Below are positions 9,731 through 19,758 of a DNA stretch of 64,000 nucleotides, in pieces. A program made the translations under genes and the position numbers. The notes below the pieces were generated by a model. It searched no databases. It was not told the DNA's origin and saw only the letters and a list, made by a program, of their open reading frames with translations. Numbering within the stretch: the stretch's first letter is position 1; each line of letters starts with the position of its first letter. This stretch comes from Oceanispirochaeta sp. (GTDB lineage: Bacteria; Spirochaetota; Spirochaetia; DSM-2461), in contig CAXXXD010000001.1 in the NCBI GenBank assembly GCA_963663385.2, positions 320,001-384,000 of the forward strand, given 5' to 3'.

Positions 9731-10750
9731 TTATTCATCTCTTTTCTCTATCAATTTCTCAATCTCCCTATCAAAATCGGAGATGTAGTTTCTGTCCTGA
9801 ATGACTCGATACTTATCATATTCCGCTTCCGCTTTGATTTTTGCCTCCAGAGCCGAGACTCTTCCCTTATCAAGTAAAATGGGATAGTCCGATAGTTCCA
9901 GAAATCGGTCAAGGAACACAACCCAGTCTTTCATATTCATGACAATGCCCCGTCTGGCTCGATTTTCCGCCAAATCAAGATAGGCGGAAACAATTCTTTC
10001 CAGCTCTTTTAAATGCTCTGCTTCCAGGTAATTTTTTGCAACAGTCACATCGGATTTGAGGATTTTGCCGTCAGGAGCTTGTTTCCACGTCTTCAAGCCC
10101 ATATAAATTTTTGTAGCATCCGCTTCGGAATATATGATTTCGGCCGCTGTTTTCCCTTGTATAGCCCAGTGAAGTTTATTTTGTGTTGTGGCAAAAAACT
10201 CTTTTGTCACTTCAGCATTTTTATCATAATCGGCGGATAGAGCGTAGATATCGGTAATTTTCTGATAGAACCTTCTTTCGCTCAGGCGGATTTCCCTGAT
10301 GCGTTCCAAAAGCTCATCGAAGTAGTCCTGCCCGAAATGCTGCACAGATTTAAGCCTTTCATCGTCCATGGCAAAGCCTTTGATGATGTATTCGTGAAGA
10401 ACGTCGGTCGCCCACTTTCTGAACTCGGTGGCTCTTTGTGAGTTTACACGGTACCCAACGGCTGTAATGGCTCTTAAGTTATAGTATTTCGAACTGTATT
10501 GTTTCCCATCTTCGGCAGTATGTCGGAAATCCCGACATACTGAACGTTCCTTCAGCTCACCCGATTTAAAGATATTGCTCAGATGTTCTGTGATGGTACT
10601 CCGACCTTTTTCGAATAGTTCTGCTATTTTCTTTTGCGTCAGCCAGAGGGTTTCTTCGTAAAAGAAGACATCAATATTTACTTTACCGGTTTTAGTTTGG
10701 AATATTACGTAGTTATTTAGTGGTTGTAGGTCGTTGCTGCTCTTTTTCAT
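9731..10750 (-). CDS. RhuM-family (virulence protein-like) DNA-binding protein
   Basis: ETLWLTQKKIAELF, YYNLRAITAVGYRVNSQRATEFRKWAT, KGFAMDDERLK, IREIRLSERRFYQKITDIYA. Confidence 0.9.
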   Translation of the reverse strand: MKKSSNDLQPLNNYVIFQTKTGKVNIDVFFYEETLWLTQKKIAELFEKGRSTITEHLSNIFKSGELKERSVCRDFRHTAEDGKQYSSKYYNLRAITAVGYRVNSQRATEFRKWATDVLHEYIIKGFAMDDERLKSVQHFGQDYFDELLERIREIRLSERRFYQKITDIYALSADYDKNAEVTKEFFATTQNKLHWAIQGKTAAEIIYSEADATKIYMGLKTWKQAPDGKILKSDVTVAKNYLEAEHLKELERIVSAYLDLAENRARRGIVMNMKDWVVFLDRFLELSDYPILLDKGRVSALEAKIKAEAEYDKYRVIQDRNYISDFDREIEKLIEKRDE

Positions 10751-11142
10751 TATGAAACCTCTGTTATGGCATGGACGCCGGGCATCTTGAAGCGTGATAC
10801 CATTTTATCATAGAGGGCAATTTTGTTGAATAAATCCGTGCTTGTATCTGAACAACTATATATCTTCAGATGAACGGCTGAAACCAAAGGTGGTACGGAA
10901 AGGGTCTTCTGAGAGCTGTTGTACCGGGCTGGACCGTAAAAGCAACAGAAAATCCCTGTTTTTTCCTGTTTCTACGCTCTTACCTAACTTAAGTTAGGTG
11001 GGCATATGACAAAAAACATTAGGAAAGCCCTACTTTCTGTAATATAATGAACATTACTTTTATCGAATTTAAATAGTCTTCTGATACAAATCAGACTCTC
11101 TATCAATTCTTTAAACTCCAGATTAATTACAGGAAGCTTGCT

Positions 11143-12090
11143 TTGAGCCAGACAGACAGGGTGTTTGACATCTATAACAGACTGCGTGACGGAAGACCTT
11201 TCACAGTAAAGGAATTCACAGAAAAATATGAGGTTTCCAACAGGACTGTTAAACGGGATATTGAATTTGTCCGGGACAGGCTGGCCATTGATATCCAGTG
11301 CTCAAACGGCTCCCATCCCCTATATACAATAACAGAAGACGACCGGTGTGCTCTAAACAGGCGACAGGCTGACCAGAGCTTGCTGCTTTTTGCTCTGTTA
11401 GACAGCTTCAGTCGGAATCATTTCCTTTTTCCCATGGACTATAAACAACTCAGGGATTCTTTAAATCTCCCCCTCTCAAATCAGTTCCTTAATCTGGCGG
11501 AACATATCACTTATGAAATGTCAGAAGAGAAGTCCATTAAGCTGGATTTGTTCCATAGTCTAATGGCCTCTATTCAAGACAAAAAACAGATCTCTATCGG
11601 ATATTCGGATTTGAAAGGAGAAATCACGCGTCGCAGAGTTGAGCCATGTCACTTACGGAACAGTGACGGGCAGTGGTATCTGCTGGCCTGGTGCCATTTG
11701 CGAGGAGATTTGCGGATTTTTCATGTGTCCCGGATTTCCGGTTGGAGTGCATTAGAGAGGCCTTTTACTATGTCTGTTACGCAGGGAGAGATTTGCCGTG
11801 TTCTGGATAACAGTTTCGGTATTATGTCGGATAAGAATGGGTGTGTGACGCCTGTTACGGTTTTGTTTTCCGGGAAGGCTGTGAAGCTGGTGGAAGGGAA
11901 ACGGTGGCATGAGGAGCAGATAGTAGAAGTTGTTCCGGAGGGACTGAAAGTTTCTTTTCCTGTGGAGTCTTTTGAAGAGGTTTTACGGATTGTGCTTTCT
12001 TATCATTCGGAGGCTGAGGTTTTGGAGCCCAGGGAGTTTCGAGAGATTTGGCTGGGGAAGATTCGGGAGATGGGTGAAAGATTTTTGTAG
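11143..12090 (+). CDS. WYL-domain transcriptional regulator (HTH-WYL-WCX)
   Basis: EKYEVSNRTVKRDIEFVRD HTH; RRVEPCHL....WYLLAWCHLRGDLRIFHVSRI; C-terminal EVLEP. Confidence 0.93.
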   Translation: MSQTDRVFDIYNRLRDGRPFTVKEFTEKYEVSNRTVKRDIEFVRDRLAIDIQCSNGSHPLYTITEDDRCALNRRQADQSLLLFALLDSFSRNHFLFPMDYKQLRDSLNLPLSNQFLNLAEHITYEMSEEKSIKLDLFHSLMASIQDKKQISIGYSDLKGEITRRRVEPCHLRNSDGQWYLLAWCHLRGDLRIFHVSRISGWSALERPFTMSVTQGEICRVLDNSFGIMSDKNGCVTPVTVLFSGKAVKLVEGKRWHEEQIVEVVPEGLKVSFPVESFEEVLRIVLSYHSEAEVLEPREFREIWLGKIREMGERFL

Positions 12091-12123
12091 GGACAGTCTG
12101 TGTCCCTGGGGGTGGTGTAGGAT
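12089..12123 (+). promoter_or_regulatory. Candidate WYL operator and -10 box upstream of cas3
   Basis: AGGGACA-GTCTG-TGTCCCT inverted repeat (12089-12107) followed by TAGGAT (12118-23). Confidence 0.55.
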
Positions 12124-12171
12124 GGTTCCAGAATACAGGAGTATCCTGGAAAATTATTTACTGGAGGAGTT

Positions 12172-14418
12172 TTGAAAAATTACATCGCGCATGTTCGACA
12201 AGATACAAACAGAAATTGGGTTATCCATTCTCTGGATGAACATTTGACAGGTGTTCAAAAATTGGCTGATCAATACGCGTCAAGTTTTTCCAGTTCAGAT
12301 TGGACCTCTGCAGCTTCGCTCCTTCATGACCTTGGAAAAAGCTCTGATACTTTTCAAAAATATATAGATTCGAAAAGTGGGTATAACAGTTTTGAAGCAC
12401 ATATTGAAGATAAACCTGGAAAAGTTATCCATTCCACACATGGTGCTGTTTGGGCGTATCGAAACTGGGGCGAGCAGATAGGGAAAGTCATAGCTTATCT
12501 CATTTCTGGGCATCATGGAGGGCTACCTGATTGGAATCATGAGATTAGTATTGGAGGCAATCTTGAGTACCGTCTGAAAGAAGATGAAATAAATAAACTA
12601 CCCCAATTGCCTGATGAAATTGTGGAGAATATTGCCAATAGAGTTAAAATGCCGAATTCAATCCCAGAGTTTATTAATTCTGATGAATACGAACATATTC
12701 ATCTTTGGATTCGAATGCTCTATTCCTGCTTGGTAGATGCTGATTTTCTTGATACAGAGCGGTTTATGGATCAAGAAAAGTTTGAGAGTCGACGGCAGCA
12801 TAGTTCTATCAGAGTTTTAAAAGGACTTTTTGATGCACACATGGATTCTCTTTTAAAAAGGTCATCTGATACTAAAGTAAATCATATTCGCTCTTCTATA
12901 TTGACACAGTGTAGAGAACAAGCTGGTAAAGAGCCGGGAATCTTTTCTCTAACTGTTCCTACAGGAGGCGGAAAAACTCTCTCGTCTATGGCTTTTGCAC
13001 TGGAACATGCCATCAAGTATGGTAAAGAAAAAATCATCATGGTTATTCCCTATACCAGTATTATTGAACAGACTTCAAAAATCTATAAAGAGATCTTTCG
13101 GGAAGAAAATGTAATAGAACATCATAGCTCTCTTGATCCTGATAAAGAATCGTTTCAAAGTCGCTTAGCGACAGAAAACTGGGACGCACCCATTATTGTT
13201 ACAACAAGCGTTCAATTCTTTGAATCTCTCTTTGCTGCTAAACCTTCAAAATGTAGAAAACTTCATAATATTGTAAATAGTGTTGTGATAATCGATGAAG
13301 TTCAAATGTTACCTACGGATTTTTTAAAACCTATTCTTGAGAGTATTAACGGATTGACAAAGTACTTCAACGTTTCAATGGTTTTTTGCACTGCAACTCA
13401 GCCCGCCATCACATCAAAAATATTCCAGAAAGGCAATGGTGACTACTATGCCATTCTTGAAAAGGAGAGATGTCGTGAAATCATGGTTTCTCCCTCTCCT
13501 GAGGAATTAACAGAACAGCTTCAACGGGTGAAAGTCGAACAGATTGGGAGGTTTACAGAATGGGAATCATTAGCTGAAGAGCTGATGAAATATCCAAAGG
13601 CTTTATGTGTCGTAAATACCCGGAATGATTGTCGGGAACTTTTTTTAAAAATGCCGGAAGGAACCATTCATCTCTCCGCAAATATGTGTGGTGAGCATCG
13701 AAGCGATTGTATAGAAGAAATCAAAGAGATGTTGAAATCTGATAATCCCATATGTGTTGTGAGTACTCAATTAGTAGAGGCGGGGGTGGATTTTGACTTT
13801 CCAGTAGTATTTCGTGCTATGGCTGGCTTTGATTCTATTGCTCAGGCAGCGGGACGGTGTAATAGAGAAGGTCTTTTACAGGAGAATGGTAAGGTTTTTG
13901 TTTTTGAACCGCCTAAACCGGCTCCAGTTGGATTGCTCCGAAAAGGAGAGCAGGCTGGAAAGGGAATTCTTTCCAAGGAACCAGAGGGGTGTCGAAATTT
14001 ATTGCCTCATACATTTAAAAAATATTTTGAACTCTATTTCGAAAGCTTAATAAGTTTTGATAAACAAAAGATCGAAACTCTGTTGGTAAAGAATTCATCA
14101 GACTTCAACTTCCAGTTTCGTACTGCGGCCAGTAAATTCAACCTCATAGATAACCAACGTCAGATTTCTGTTGTTGTATGGTATAAAAAAGATAAAGAGA
14201 AAATTCAGACTTTAATTGATGAATTACGATTCTCCGGCCCAAACCGAACGCTGATGCGTAAACTTCAGCGGTACATTGTCTCTATTCCTGAAAACATTTT
14301 CTTTGAAGTAAAAGGTTCATTTGAAGAAGTAGGAGGAATCTGGTGTCAGGATGCGGATTCTCTTTATGATAATTGTCTGGGTTTTGTCGGATATAGTGGG
14401 GAACTTCCCATTTTATAG
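12172..14418 (+). CDS. cas3: CRISPR-associated HD nuclease/helicase Cas3
   Basis: HSLDEHL, LLHDLGK, GHHGGL, DADFLDT, VPTGGGKT, IIDEVQ, QAAGRCNREG. Confidence 0.96.
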   Translation: MKNYIAHVRQDTNRNWVIHSLDEHLTGVQKLADQYASSFSSSDWTSAASLLHDLGKSSDTFQKYIDSKSGYNSFEAHIEDKPGKVIHSTHGAVWAYRNWGEQIGKVIAYLISGHHGGLPDWNHEISIGGNLEYRLKEDEINKLPQLPDEIVENIANRVKMPNSIPEFINSDEYEHIHLWIRMLYSCLVDADFLDTERFMDQEKFESRRQHSSIRVLKGLFDAHMDSLLKRSSDTKVNHIRSSILTQCREQAGKEPGIFSLTVPTGGGKTLSSMAFALEHAIKYGKEKIIMVIPYTSIIEQTSKIYKEIFREENVIEHHSSLDPDKESFQSRLATENWDAPIIVTTSVQFFESLFAAKPSKCRKLHNIVNSVVIIDEVQMLPTDFLKPILESINGLTKYFNVSMVFCTATQPAITSKIFQKGNGDYYAILEKERCREIMVSPSPEELTEQLQRVKVEQIGRFTEWESLAEELMKYPKALCVVNTRNDCRELFLKMPEGTIHLSANMCGEHRSDCIEEIKEMLKSDNPICVVSTQLVEAGVDFDFPVVFRAMAGFDSIAQAAGRCNREGLLQENGKVFVFEPPKPAPVGLLRKGEQAGKGILSKEPEGCRNLLPHTFKKYFELYFESLISFDKQKIETLLVKNSSDFNFQFRTAASKFNLIDNQRQISVVVWYKKDKEKIQTLIDELRFSGPNRTLMRKLQRYIVSIPENIFFEVKGSFEEVGGIWCQDADSLYDNCLGFVGYSGELPIL

Positions 14419-14442
14419 CATTATATAATCAAGGAGGCACAG

Positions 14443-15192
14443 TTGAGCGGTAAAGAAAAAACATTCTGCCTTGAAGTATGGGGAGATTATGCTTGTTTCA
14501 CCCGTCCGGAGATGAAAGTAGAACGAGTCAGTTATGATGTCATAACCCCTTCGGCAGCAAGAGCGATTTTTGAAGCCATTTTCTGGAAGCCCGCAATAAA
14601 GTGGCATATTCGGACTATTGAAATTCTTGCTCCCATTAAAAACATTTCCATCAGGCGGAATGAGGTTGGTTCTATAGCTGGAACAGGCAGGAAATCAGAA
14701 ATATTTATTGAAGATAACCGCTTACAGCGTGCGGGCCTTCTATTACGGGACGTTCGCTATCGAATTCATGCATGGTTGGAGTATCTTCCTGTAAATGAAC
14801 GTAAAGGGAACTTCAAATCTGTTCCTGAATTTTTGTGGGATAAAGAGGAAATTCAAGAGATTCGTGCATCCGTAAAAGCTTATGAGAAAAAGAAGGATGA
14901 AAATCCCGGAAAATATCTAGCTATGTTTGAAAGACGGGCCAGGAAAGGACAGTGTTTTAATCAACCTTATCTTGGTTGTCGGGAATTTTCTGCCAGTTTT
15001 GAATTGGTAGAGAATACTTCGGTTTATCATGATTACTTTTCACCAATTTCAAATACTCGTGATCTTGGGTTTATGCTCTATGATCTTGACTTTTCAAATC
15101 CAGAGGATATTCGGCCTGCTTTCTTTCGGGCGCAGATGAATAATGGAAAGATTGTTGTTCCTGATTGGAATAGCGAAGAGGTGCGCAAATGA
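14443..15192 (+). CDS. cas5: Type I-C Cas5
   Basis: GDYACFTRPEMKVERVSYDVITPSAARAIFEAIFWKP, QPYLGCREF. Confidence 0.96.
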   Translation: MSGKEKTFCLEVWGDYACFTRPEMKVERVSYDVITPSAARAIFEAIFWKPAIKWHIRTIEILAPIKNISIRRNEVGSIAGTGRKSEIFIEDNRLQRAGLLLRDVRYRIHAWLEYLPVNERKGNFKSVPEFLWDKEEIQEIRASVKAYEKKKDENPGKYLAMFERRARKGQCFNQPYLGCREFSASFELVENTSVYHDYFSPISNTRDLGFMLYDLDFSNPEDIRPAFFRAQMNNGKIVVPDWNSEEVRK

Positions 15193-17147
15193 TATTACAG
15201 GCACTCTACGAGTATTATGAACGGAAATCGAAGTTAGGGGATATTGCACCTATTGGCTGGATAAAAAGAGAAATTGGATATCTCATTGAAATTAACATGA
15301 ATGGTGAAGTTGAAGAAGTAACATCACTAATTGAATATGATGAAAAAACAAAGAAATTTCTTGGTAAGCCAGTAATTGTTCCTTGTATAGGTAAGCAGGC
15401 TTTAAAACACACTAATAGTGGTGTAGACGCAAATTTCCTTTGGGATAATGCAGCATTTGTTTTAGGACGATATCCAGAAGATAGTGATAATAAGACAATC
15501 ATGAAAAAAAAGAGTAGCAGAGATAGTTTTTATAATTTAATCAAACACTTCAATAAAGAAATAACAATAAAAGAAGTTTCTGCAGTCCTCAGCTTTCTTG
15601 AAAAACTTCAAAATGAAGACACTAACTATGAAACAACGGAAAGTATCATTGAGAAATTAACAAGAAATGAAATATCAACTCTAGATGAAGAAATTGTTAA
15701 AGTTAAGGATAAAATTACAAAACTCAATAAAGAGGATAATACACCGAATGAAGAATTGCTTACTTGTAAAGAACGTGAAAGGATTTTGACGAAAGAACTC
15801 TCTTCAAAGAAGAAAATTTATGCAGGATTCTTAAATGGAGAGAGTAATCCAGCTATTACTTTTCGGATCTATGGACAACCCAAAATAATCTTTGAACTTC
15901 CAGAAGTAAAAGAGGCATATACTGAGTATTTCTTAGCTGATGATAAGGACTCTCCAAGGCAGAGATGTCTTATTACTGGTAAATCAGAAATTATTGAACC
16001 AAAGCATCTTGTAATTAAAGGAGTATATGGCGGGCAATCATCAGGTGGTGCCATTGTATCATTTAATAAAGAATCATTTTGCTCTTACGGCAAAATAGGT
16101 AAACTAAGTGGATATAATGCACCTGTTGGTCAAAAAGCTGCAAATGGCTATACACAAGCACTTAATCATCTCCTTAGTAGCGAGAATAGGGTTTCTATTG
16201 CAGATACTTCAATTGTATTTTGGGCAGAGAAGAAGTCATTTCTTGAGAAGACATTTCCACTTTTACTAGTTAAACCTAAAGATGATCCTGATAAAGGAAC
16301 ACTCTCTGTAAAGCAACTATATGAAAGTATTAATTCTGGTAAGTTTAGTATTGAAGATAGTAATCGCTTCTTTATTCTTGGTCTTGCCCCAAACGCAGCT
16401 CGGATCGCTATTCGTTACAGGATGACTGGAACAGTAGCAGAATTTGCAATGCATATCAAACAGCATTTTAATGATTTTGAGATAGTTCGAGATAAAGATG
16501 CTCCTGATTTTTTTGCTTTAAGTTCTATATTAACTCATGCAGCATTGAAATATAAACTGGAAAATCTTGCACCTAATCTGGCGGGGCAGGTGACAGAGGC
16601 TGTTCTCAATGGAACCCAATATCCCCAGACACTTTTTCATGCAACTATCCGAAGAGTTAGGGCAGAACAGCACATTACCGGAACACGTGCTGCAATCATA
16701 AAAGCCTGTATAAACAGATTCAATCGATTTCATTATAAAACTGAGGAGGAAATAACAGTGTCTCTTGACAAAACAAACAGGAATCCCGCGTATTTGCTTG
16801 GAAGACTATTTGCTGTACTTGAAAAAGTTCAGTATAAAGCCCTGAAAATTGAAACCATCCGGGAACGGTACTACGGAGCATTTTCAAGTACTCCGGTTAC
16901 GGTATACCCACAGTTAATGAAACTGAAAAATCATCATTTGGCAAAATTGGAAACAGGTAAAGGATTTTATGAAAACCTTATTGGAGAGATTGTTGACGGG
17001 CTTGATGGCAGTGGTCTCATTCCTCGTCAATTTTCCCTTGATGAACAGGGACGATTCGCAGTCGGTTACTATCATCAACGTCAGGACTTGAAATTTAAAG
17101 GAAACGAAGACAATACAGAAAAAACTGAGGAGAACAATTATGAGTAA
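15189..17147 (+). CDS. cas8c: Type I-C large subunit Cas8c/Csd1
   Basis: MILQALYEYY, NFLWDN, CLITG, IVSFN, LGLAPNAARI, YLLGRLFAVLE, GYYHQ. Confidence 0.94.
   Translation: MILQALYEYYERKSKLGDIAPIGWIKREIGYLIEINMNGEVEEVTSLIEYDEKTKKFLGKPVIVPCIGKQALKHTNSGVDANFLWDNAAFVLGRYPEDSDNKTIMKKKSSRDSFYNLIKHFNKEITIKEVSAVLSFLEKLQNEDTNYETTESIIEKLTRNEISTLDEEIVKVKDKITKLNKEDNTPNEELLTCKERERILTKELSSKKKIYAGFLNGESNPAITFRIYGQPKIIFELPEVKEAYTEYFLADDKDSPRQRCLITGKSEIIEPKHLVIKGVYGGQSSGGAIVSFNKESFCSYGKIGKLSGYNAPVGQKAANGYTQALNHLLSSENRVSIADTSIVFWAEKKSFLEKTFPLLLVKPKDDPDKGTLSVKQLYESINSGKFSIEDSNRFFILGLAPNAARIAIRYRMTGTVAEFAMHIKQHFNDFEIVRDKDAPDFFALSSILTHAALKYKLENLAPNLAGQVTEAVLNGTQYPQTLFHATIRRVRAEQHITGTRAAIIKACINRFNRFHYKTEEEITVSLDKTNRNPAYLLGRLFAVLEKVQYKALKIETIRERYYGAFSSTPVTVYPQLMKLKNHHLAKLETGKGFYENLIGEIVDGLDGSGLIPRQFSLDEQGRFAVGYYHQRQDLKFKGNEDNTEKTEENNYE
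16758..17147 (+). CDS. cas11: Internally translated small subunit Cas11c, in frame within cas8c, 129 aa
   Basis: GAGGAGG (16743-49) upstream of an in-frame GTG giving MSLDKTNRNPAYLLGRLFAVLE, as in known I-C Cas11. Confidence 0.8.
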   Translation: MSLDKTNRNPAYLLGRLFAVLEKVQYKALKIETIRERYYGAFSSTPVTVYPQLMKLKNHHLAKLETGKGFYENLIGEIVDGLDGSGLIPRQFSLDEQGRFAVGYYHQRQDLKFKGNEDNTEKTEENNYE

Positions 17148-18075
17148 TGCAATCAGAAACCGCTACGATTTTATCCTATTCTTTGATGTGCAGGATGGGA
17201 ATCCCAACGGAGATCCTGACGCGGGGAACTTACCTCGAATTGATGCTGAGACTGGTAAAGGGCTTGTAACAGATGTTTGTTTAAAAAGAAAAATACGAAA
17301 CTATGTACAATTTGAGAAAAAACATCAGCGTCCTTATGACATCTTTGTGAAAGAGTCGGGTATTACTCAGGAAATAACAGTTCTTAATAAGATTATTCGA
17401 GAAGGGTATGAAGAATTAGGTATTGATTTAACTGCTGCTCCAGAAAATGCTGAGGATGGAAAGAAAAGAGAGACTTCTGGTAAAGCTCAAGGAAAAGAAG
17501 TGAGGAAAGGAAGAGAATTTATGTGTTCAAACTTCTTTGATGTGAGAACGTTTGGAGCCGTTATGAGTACTGGGGCAAATGCTGGACAAGTAAGAGGACC
17601 TGTTCAAATGACATTTGCTCGTTCCATTGATCCGATTGTCTCCCTTGAACACTCAATAACAGTTGTTGCTGCCAGATCAGAAGAAAAGAAACCTGAGAGT
17701 CAGATTGGTATTCAAGGTAGAAAATATACTGTTCCATACGGACTATATAGATCTCATGGTTTTATTTCTGCTAATTTTGCGGAACAAACTTCTTTTAATG
17801 AAGATGATCTTAAACTCTTCTGGGATGCTTTATATGGAATGTTTCAGGATGATCATTCTGCTGCACGTGGATTGATGTCCGTTCGCAAAATAATTATTTT
17901 TAAGCATGAATCAGCTTTGGGAAATACTCCTGCACATAAGCTCTTTGAGATGGTTCCAGATCCAAAGCTAAAAGATAAAACCAAACCGCCAAGAGCATTC
18001 AGTGATTATCAGGATATTTCTATTCCTTCAGAGACTGAAATCCCATCAGGAGTATCAATGTCGATAATTGAGTAG
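17140..18075 (+). CDS. cas7: Type I-C Cas7/Csd2
   Basis: NPNGDPDAGNLPRID, TDVCLKRKIRNY, FFDVRTFGAV, GQVRGPVQ, DHSAARG. Confidence 0.96.
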   Translation: MSNAIRNRYDFILFFDVQDGNPNGDPDAGNLPRIDAETGKGLVTDVCLKRKIRNYVQFEKKHQRPYDIFVKESGITQEITVLNKIIREGYEELGIDLTAAPENAEDGKKRETSGKAQGKEVRKGREFMCSNFFDVRTFGAVMSTGANAGQVRGPVQMTFARSIDPIVSLEHSITVVAARSEEKKPESQIGIQGRKYTVPYGLYRSHGFISANFAEQTSFNEDDLKLFWDALYGMFQDDHSAARGLMSVRKIIIFKHESALGNTPAHKLFEMVPDPKLKDKTKPPRAFSDYQDISIPSETEIPSGVSMSIIE

Positions 18076-18078
18076 ACT

Positions 18079-18735
18079 GTGCACACCCAAGACACCCTAC
18101 TCCCCCTGTCCGCTCTACAGCACCTCCTTTTCTGCGAGCGGCAGTGCGCCCTCATCCATATAGAACAAGTCTGGGCGGATAATTTTTTCACCTCAGCGGG
18201 AGAACTATTCCATAACAGGGTTGATCAAATATCCCGGAAAAAAAGAGGAGATAAAATTCAGGAATTCGGACTCCCTATAAGATCATTAAAATACGGACTT
18301 ATAGGGAAAGCCGATTCTGTAGAATTTTACAGAAACAAACAGGGAAAGTTAAACGCCATAATACCGGTTGAGTATAAAAGAGGAAAAAAGAAAAAGGAAG
18401 ATTGGGATAGAATACAGCTCTGTGCTCAGGCACTTTGCCTTGAAGAAATGCTTAATTTCACAATAGAGAAAGGATTTCTTTTTTACGGGAAAGACAGAAG
18501 ACGGGAAGAAGTAAAACTCAATACGGAATTACGTGAAAAAACAGCCTCTCTTTGTATAAAACTCCATGCATTAATACAATCGGGAAAAACGCCCAAAGCC
18601 GTTATTTCTTCTAAATGCAAATCCTGCTCACTCGAACCATTTTGTAAGCCGAAATCTGCCGGCCGGGGAAAATCCGTAAATCGCTACATCTCACAAATGA
18701 TCAAAGAGGAGGTCTCGGATGAAGAAACATCATAA
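18079..18735 (+). CDS. cas4: Cas4 exonuclease
   Basis: LQHLLFCERQCAL, GKADSVE, PVEYKRG, QLCAQALCLEEM, CKSCSLEPFC Fe-S cysteines. Confidence 0.95.
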   Translation: MHTQDTLLPLSALQHLLFCERQCALIHIEQVWADNFFTSAGELFHNRVDQISRKKRGDKIQEFGLPIRSLKYGLIGKADSVEFYRNKQGKLNAIIPVEYKRGKKKKEDWDRIQLCAQALCLEEMLNFTIEKGFLFYGKDRRREEVKLNTELREKTASLCIKLHALIQSGKTPKAVISSKCKSCSLEPFCKPKSAGRGKSVNRYISQMIKEEVSDEETS

Positions 18736-19750
18736 TACTCTGTATGTGACGACACAGGGCAGCTATCTCCATAAAGAACGAGAGACTATAGCCGTAAAAG
18801 TCGATGGAAAACATAAAGCAAAACTCCCTATCCATAACATCGAAAGTATCGTCTGTTTCGGGAATGTAACATGTAGTCCTTACCTTCTTGGCCACTGCTC
18901 TGAAAATGATGTATCTATAAGTTTTCTTACAAAATATGGCCGTTTTCTCGGTCGAGTCAGCGGGCCTGTCAGCGGAAATGTTCTTCTTCGTCGGGAACAG
19001 TACAGATGGGCTGACGATGATGAAAAAAGCTGTGAAGTATCACGGTACATCCTTTCCGGAAAGATCATTAATAGCCGAAACGTCTTGAAACGCTTTTTAC
19101 GGGATAATAAGAATTACAGTGAATCCGGATCAATCAAGAGAACCATAGAATCAATTCAGGAAAATTATGAGTTAATGAATAAAACTATGACATTGGAGAG
19201 CTTACGCGGGATTGAAGGACTGGTCGCCAATACCTATTTTAGCGTTTTCAACCATATGATATTACAGAATAAATTGGATTTTACCTTTAATAGCCGTAAC
19301 CGCCGCCCTCCACTGGATAGAATAAATGCACTATTATCCTTTATATACGTCCTTATTATGCATGATATACGATCAGCCCTGGAAACCGTCGGATTAGACC
19401 CGGCTGTAGGGTTTCTCCATCGGGATAGACCGGGACGTTATGGGTTAGCCCTGGATTTGATGGAGGAGTTCCGCTCTTTTATTGCCGATCGATTGGTACT
19501 GTCGCTTGTCAATCTAAGAAAAATCAATTCTTCCCATTTCAGAGTTACTGATTCTGAAGCCGTTTTACTTAATGATGATGGGAAAAAGATAGTACTCACG
19601 GCTTATCAAGAAAAGAAGAGTGAAGAAATTTACCATCCCTTTATTGAAGAAAGATGTAAGTATGGTCGTCTTTTCCATATTCAGGCCACATTGTTGGCTC
19701 GTTGGCTTCGGGGTGATATAAATGGCTATCCTCCGTTTATCTGGAAGTAA
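18719..19750 (+). CDS. cas1: Type I-C Cas1
   Basis: NTLYVTTQGSYL, GNVLLRREQY, LRGIEG, RRPPLDRINALLSF, GFLHRDRPGR, LDLMEEFR. Confidence 0.97.
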   Translation: MKKHHNTLYVTTQGSYLHKERETIAVKVDGKHKAKLPIHNIESIVCFGNVTCSPYLLGHCSENDVSISFLTKYGRFLGRVSGPVSGNVLLRREQYRWADDDEKSCEVSRYILSGKIINSRNVLKRFLRDNKNYSESGSIKRTIESIQENYELMNKTMTLESLRGIEGLVANTYFSVFNHMILQNKLDFTFNSRNRRPPLDRINALLSFIYVLIMHDIRSALETVGLDPAVGFLHRDRPGRYGLALDLMEEFRSFIADRLVLSLVNLRKINSSHFRVTDSEAVLLNDDGKKIVLTAYQEKKSEEIYHPFIEERCKYGRLFHIQATLLARWLRGDINGYPPFIWK

Positions 19751-19758
19751 GGTCTTTT

